A program made the translations under genes and the position numbers. From NCBI GenBank assembly GCA_964035545.1, contig OZ037767.1, forward strand, positions 13,625,801 through 13,689,800: DNA of 64,000 nucleotides. The letters are read 5' to 3'. Each line of letters starts with the position of its first letter. Position 1 is the first letter of the stretch. This document shows positions 59,201 to 64,000 of this stretch, in pieces. The DNA is from Bugula neritina. Lineage: Eukaryota > Animalia > Bryozoa. Under the pieces are notes generated by a model. It was given only the letters and a program-made list of their open reading frames with translations, ran no database searches and had not been told where the DNA came from.

Positions 59201-62200
59201 CTTAGGACCAACAAAGAGTGTATCTGAACAGTAAGGGTAATGCTACTTACTTCCAGAGCTCATTCTACCAGCTATAAGCGTGAACTCATTAGGTGGCTGA
59301 AGGATAGCCTGTATGCTAGGGTACGGTGCGGGGCCCAGAGCACCTCCGCCTTCTTTGCTGGTGTTGCCCGAGGTTTTGATGGGTGTGGCTGGAGTAGCAG
59401 AGAACTGAGAAGTGGAAGCTGCCGATGAACTGGCGGTACCGGCGCCCTCTAGTGGTGTAATGCCAAGCGGCAAGGAGCTCATAGGAATCACCTCGTACGG
59501 TTTGTATTTGAATAATTTAGACTGAAGCAAAGCTACAAGAAACAACAGCATCTGATGAAATATGGCTACAGATAGAACCAATCATATACACGAATTAATA
59601 CACAGTGGACTAGATACAGCAGCAACACAGTAAACTTAACAATATATGTCACAGTTATTATACATTCTAGTACACTATGCAGAACTATGCTTACTTTGAA
59701 CACCATTTACCCTCATCTGGCTATATTTACAAAATATTTCTTTATAAGGCAATGTTTCCTTATAAGGCAATGTTCCCTTGTAAAGAAATGTTTCCTTATA
59801 AGGTAATGCTTCATTAAAAGGCAATGCTTCCTTATAAGGCAGAAATTGTTCAGCTAGTAGTTCAGGCTATACTTACTAGTGTATTTATTTTCAATGGTCT
59901 TCATTGCTTCTAGTTTAGCTTTCTTAGCAGCCTACAACACAGCTTATATATTAGCTGAAAGAAACAGTAAAATGATGACGCTTACAGCTTAAAAGTTTTG
60001 AAGCAACAAACAGCCAATGGTGAAAACCTTTAGTTTGAAAATTCTAACATCTCTTTTTTAAAGCTGGATTTCCCAAACCAATAACATTTCAGATCATCTA
60101 GTATATTATATAGTATATACAGAAGACACAACATGTAAGATTACCATATATTATGTCACCCGACTGTTTGCTGCCAAACAGAGAAACATACCAGTGGATC
60201 TGAGCCAGCTGCAGCAGCTGCTGTTATCTCGTTGTTCATACTTTCCATCATGGCGCCGAGCTGAGCTTTGATACTACCAACAGTTTGAGGGACATTGATA
60301 GGAAGGCCCGCAGTGAGAGAGGCCGGGTCTGGGGCATTTGAGGAACCACTGCCATAAAACACTGGTGTCACGCCTGCAAAGTTCACAATAAAACTTATAA
60401 TAGAGGTCCTACGAGATTGAAAGAGGAGGTGGGGGACGAGCCAGCAACACTTCACATCTGCAAACTGGTATTAAACATCGGACAGGAAATATTTGTGGAA
60501 GGATAGCAGACTCGCTTGAAAATTATGCTAATATATGTCTTTAGAAACTTAGGCTAAATAGGTGTCACCTACTGGCCTAGCAGGCTACTCTTGTTCACTT
60601 AAAACTTCTTCCATCTGAATCTACTTTAAATAAAGATTTTTACTTCAGAAAAAGAAGTTCCATATTATCACAAAACTATTTGAAAACATGTTGTAAGAGG
60701 AGATGATATCTTTTCAGGTTATTTTTACTTCCTTTTACAGTATAATGTACTGCTACAGCACACAAAGCATTATTCTGGGCAAAATCAGTCAAATTCCACC
60801 TAACTACTAATACAGAAAATTCTAGAAGGCCTTTAAAAATTGAAGTGTTAACAACAGAATGGCAAAAAAACTACCGTTCACATGACTTGGCAATAACTAA
60901 TCAAACATCAAATGTATACAGCGACAGCAGAAGCGGAGAGAAGGCACTCACTTGGGCTGCTGCCGTGAGTGACGTGGATGTATTCGCTGTAGCTGTTGAT
61001 GCTGAACTGTAGCGGCTCCACCTCCAGAAGCCCGGCCACCCTCATGTCCAGCTGCTCGGCGTTTGTGAACCCTTGACACGACGACCGAGTAAGGTCAACA
61101 ATCGGCAGCTGCAGTAAACAACAGCATATCAAAGTATACAGGTTAAAAATTATTGCGTAATACAGACTTAATGAGAGGCATATTATATTTAATAAAAGGG
61201 CCTTTAATTGGTGCTAAAATTCTATTTCATACAGAGTATGCATTTTAAGAGTCAGTGTCAGGACTCAACACTTTGAAAACAAACAAAATAACAATATACA
61301 TATTACAATAATAATATGCATATTACAATAATAATATGCATATTACAATAACTATATACATATAATATATTACTGATATACATGCAACATAATAATAATA
61401 AATATAATATAATATACATATAATATAACATAATAAATATAATGAAATATGCATATAACATAATGCATGAAATGTAATATAATACATAAATAATAAATGT
61501 AACATAATAAATACACTATAGTATACAAATAATACAATATAATCAATATTATATTAATGCACATATAATACAACATGATACATATAAGGCTCTGTTATAC
61601 TCCACTGGGTGTAATCCTGAATACAGCCTACAAGTCTAAAGAGCAAGTCAAACACAGTTCTACACGAAGTCAGTAAAGAGAGCAAACAGTGTAGAAGTTG
61701 TCCTCCCACAACATCTCAACGGCTCAACTCACCACTTCGTCCTTGACATTGAGCTCTTGCCTGTCCTGCCAGGAGAAAGTAGAGGTTGGGTTGGAAGGGC
61801 GGAAGAGGTACTTGCTGACAAAGGGAGGCAGACTGGCTTCAAATACTTCGGCATCATATGGTGAGCTGGTCAGTCCGTAGCTAGACAACAAGTGGTGTGT
61901 ACTTACACATGTATATGAACAGAGTGTATACTGTAGCTACACATGTATACGAACAGAGTATATACTGTAGCTACACATGTATACGAACAGAGTGTATACT
62001 GTTGTTACACATGTATATGAACAGAGTGGATACTGTAGTAACACATGTATATGAACAGAGTGTATACTGTAGCTACACATGTATATGAGCACAGAGTGTA
62101 TACTGTAGCTACACATGTATATGAGCACAGAGTGTATACTGTAGTAACACATGTATATGAACAGAGTGTATACTGTAGCTACACATGTATACGAACAGAG

Positions 62201-64000
62201 TGTATACTGTAGCTACACATGTATACGAACAGAGTGTATACTGTTGTTACACATGTATATGAACAGAGTGTATACTGTAGCTACACATGTATACGAACAG
62301 AGTGTATACTGTAGCTACACATGTATACGAACAGAGTGTATACTGTTGTTACACATGTATATGAACAGAGTGTATACTGTAGCTACACATGTATATGAGC
62401 ACAGAGTGTATACTGTAGCTACACATGTATATGAGCACAGAGTGTATACTGTAGTAACACATGTATATGAACAGAGTGTATACTGTAGTAACACATGTAT
62501 ATGAGCACAGAGTTACGGGACTATACGAAACGCATTCATTGACCTCTAAGGTCCCGCTGTGTATAAAGAATAAGTATAATACCTTGAGAGTCTGTGCATG
62601 TCCGGCGAGTCGAAACTCTTGTGGTAGAGCTCAGAGAGGGCCTTTACCTCTTCACATAACTGTAAACACAAACAGTCATATGACCAGCTACGGCAAGACA
62701 TACATAGACTTGTATTTAGTGAGGACTTTATTCCGTGAATATCGAAATACAAACTGCTCACACAGCTACTGAAATGAAGGAGCATTAAAGATACTTCAAT
62801 ATCAAAGCACTTTATGAAACACACGAAGGATGAATTCATTGACAAGCAGACAAAAAGAGATAAAATGTTGCGCACTTTTTGACAGACGGTGCTGATGTGG
62901 AGACACTTTACGCGACTGAGGAGGAGGAAGAAATGGTGAACCGCCCCGGAGCTGGGCGACTCTCGCAGAGTGGCTAGGCTGGTCAGCAGGACCTCCAGTA
63001 AGTGATTAGAGAACCTCTGCAGCTGCTCATCTCCCAGTCTACGGCTCAGCCTGTAACACACAGCAATAATGTAGTCTGTGTAAACTATACTGACAGACAC
63101 ACAGACAGACAGATATACAGACAGCCAGAGAGACACAGTGTAGTCTATATAAACTGTGCTGAGAGATATGATAGCCAGACAAACAGACAGACATACATGC
63201 AGGTATACACAGACAGATAAACACACATGTATAGAGACACGCAGACAGACGTCTAGACAGACACACAGACAGATACAGACATACAAACAGACATACAGAG
63301 ACAGGCATGCGTAATGACAGACAGACACGCAGACAGACACGCAGACAGACAGACATGAAGAGACAGACGGACACACAGAGACACACACACACACACGGCC
63401 ATACTTACTCTGTACAGACAGTCAGTAGTCTAGTAAAAGTGTGGCTGGAGGATCGAGTGCCTCTGATGATGCAATGTTCAACTAGGGCAGGCAGCTGTTG
63501 CTCTACGGCAGCAAGCACGCTGTTCTCGTACTTCCTGCAAGTAAGATAATTGGTCGATTAACAAACAGCAGTTTCTAACACCTGAGGGGGAGGGATACGT
63601 ATCAAACCAGGTTATTTATATGGCAAAGCGAAACTTTGTAACTGAAAATACAGTAGAGAAAATACACACAAGAGAGCACACTAAAAAAACAAAAAATAAA
63701 TGTAATATTATTAATCCAGCAAGCGGCTGCAAATATCTCTCAAGACTCTACACCACTTTAGCTAATTAGTATAGAGATCAATGGCGTTTACAAAGAACTC
63801 TATTTGGTTAGTTCGTATGCGTTTAGAAAACCTGGAAGAACAAACCTGGGAGAGACCTCATTGGTCTGAAGCATAGCAATCCAGCCTAAAACCCTCATAG
63901 CTGAGATCCGGTTCTGCTCTGTAGCCAGGAGGGAGCTTTCCAGAGGCGAGTCGGGGCTGTGTGTGAGACGTCCCGTATGCGCCACTTCTGTGAGGTTAGC
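26214..64000 (-). CDS. BIRC6: BIRC6/BRUCE/Apollon, 3' portion (many exons; 5' part incl. BIR domain lies beyond the right edge). UBC exons at about 28574-28790, 28322-28448, 28012-28123, 27473-27661; last exons about 26626-26913 and 26214-26387
   Basis: UBC: [60 protein letters not shown] (catalytic Cys codon 28083-28085), [15 protein letters not shown]. Also [54 protein letters not shown]. Confidence 0.95.
29921..30120 (+). mobile_element. tRNA-headed SINE, family A
   Basis: TAGTCTAGAGGTTAGAGC...GGTTCAAATCC...CATTGGTGATGTTAGGAAGAGCATCCAGTC. Confidence 0.75.
30865..31060. repeat. CATACTATACA-type simple repeat
   Basis: Visible tandem copies of ~15 bp. Confidence 0.9.
33357..33603. repeat. 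20-bp minisatellite (TGTCACATTATATAACAGCA) next to a BIRC6 acceptor
   Basis: About 12 tandem copies. Confidence 0.93.
34080..34530. repeat. (GTGTA)n pentanucleotide microsatellite
   Basis: Directly visible, about 450 bp. Confidence 0.97.
34765..34958. repeat. 16-bp minisatellite (AGACAAGCAGACGTGT)
   Basis: About 12 copies. Confidence 0.93.
35410..35601 (-). repeat. 29-bp minisatellite containing a BIRC6 splice donor
   Basis: Unit ACCAGAGTTGGGTATAGAAGGTGGGACAT on the plus strand; reads CTCTG|GTATGT on the minus strand. Confidence 0.95.
38526..38955. repeat. 21-bp minisatellite with GTCATGTGAC core (~21 copies)
   Basis: Unit AGTCATGTGACTATTAGAGAG. Confidence 0.95.
39610..39805. repeat. 13-bp minisatellite with AGGTAAGT core
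   Basis: 13 exact AGGTAAGT copies plus two variants. Confidence 0.95.
40249..40470 (-). repeat. ~28-bp minisatellite containing a BIRC6 acceptor
   Basis: On the minus strand units end ...ATACACTGTGTAG; the last copy is the acceptor at 40249-40251. Confidence 0.88.
42018..42160. mobile_element. Short fold-back MITE-like repeat (copy 1)
   Basis: Imperfect terminal inverted repeats; internal GAATTTGTGGTTG...TTCATTC.ATGCAACT...AAAAATTCATTC.CATAATG shared with 43667-43812. Confidence 0.6.
43334..45836 (+). CDS. NHL-repeat beta-propeller protein (~280 aa), nested antisense in a BIRC6 intron. Exons: 43334-43495, 43838-44008, 44386-44578, 44939-45052, 45362-45545, 45812-45836 (last exon tentative; otherwise the frame reads through to 45789)
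   Basis: Phase-compatible exons; NHL consensus [25 protein letters not shown] and [16 protein letters not shown]; upstream UTR donor GAG|GTAAGT near 43167; AATAAA near 45954. Confidence 0.8.
43667..43812. mobile_element. Short fold-back MITE-like repeat (copy 2)
   Basis: TGCATTTC...GAAATGCA inverted ends; similar to 42018-42160. Confidence 0.6.
49051..49170 (+). mobile_element. Degenerate SINE family A copy
   Basis: GTGGTCTGGTGGTTAGAG...GTCAGGGAGAGCATCCAATC. Confidence 0.5.
49170..49490. mobile_element. hAT MITE, same family as 25348-25692, left end missing
   Basis: Colinear similarity; ends GTTGGACATCCCTG. Confidence 0.7.
50850..51417. repeat. 44-bp minisatellite (~13 copies)
   Basis: Unit GTATAGTATATGTGTATATAGTACAGTGTGTAGAGTAATACACA. 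Confidence 0.95.
51873..52154. repeat. 84-bp tandem repeat (~3.3 copies) next to a BIRC6 acceptor
   Basis: CAC(C/T)TGACC recurs at 51877, 51961, 52045 and 52129. Confidence 0.95.
53040..53516. repeat. 16-bp minisatellite (GGTGACACAGAGAGAA, ~29 copies)
   Basis: Directly visible. Confidence 0.95.
59740..59840. repeat. Short repeat with palindromic CCTTATAAGG core
   Basis: About 5 degenerate copies. Confidence 0.8.
61905..62511. repeat. 34-35-bp minisatellite (ACACATGTATATGAACAGAGTGTATACTGTAGCT, ~18 copies)
   Basis: Directly visible; fills most of a BIRC6 intron. Confidence 0.95.
63090..63395. repeat. (CAGA)n/(CA)n low-complexity intron tract
   Basis: Directly visible. Confidence 0.85.

Noticed and set aside
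62546-63394. 282-aa ORF as an independent gene
   Set aside because: It runs through BIRC6 exons plus low-complexity intron sequence that lacks stops.

Overview
Intron-rich, AT-rich animal (invertebrate-like) genomic DNA; no prokaryotic features. Four protein-coding genes: (1) the first coding exon of a protein kinase D gene (minus strand, runs off the left edge); (2) a UDP-glucose pyrophosphorylase gene, UGP2 (plus strand, about 16.7-24.7 kb, with two tentative 5' exons); (3) the 3' portion of the giant E2/E3 BIRC6/BRUCE (minus strand, 26.2 kb to the right edge, UBC domain at about 27.5-28.8 kb); (4) a stand-alone NHL beta-propeller gene nested antisense in a BIRC6 intron. Between PRKD and UGP2 lies an apparently full-length but frameshifted R4/Dong-type RLE non-LTR retrotransposon with a 13-bp TSD, whose 5' end is a tRNA-like A/B-box module. 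There are also several MITEs, tRNA-headed SINEs and many intronic minisatellites. Most notable: the tRNA-headed R4 element; minisatellites that repeat functional splice sites; an intronic array identical to the U1 snRNA 5' end; and a terminal BIRC6 exon encoding a p62-like LIR (DDWHTL). Exon boundaries were read by eye and no database search was run.
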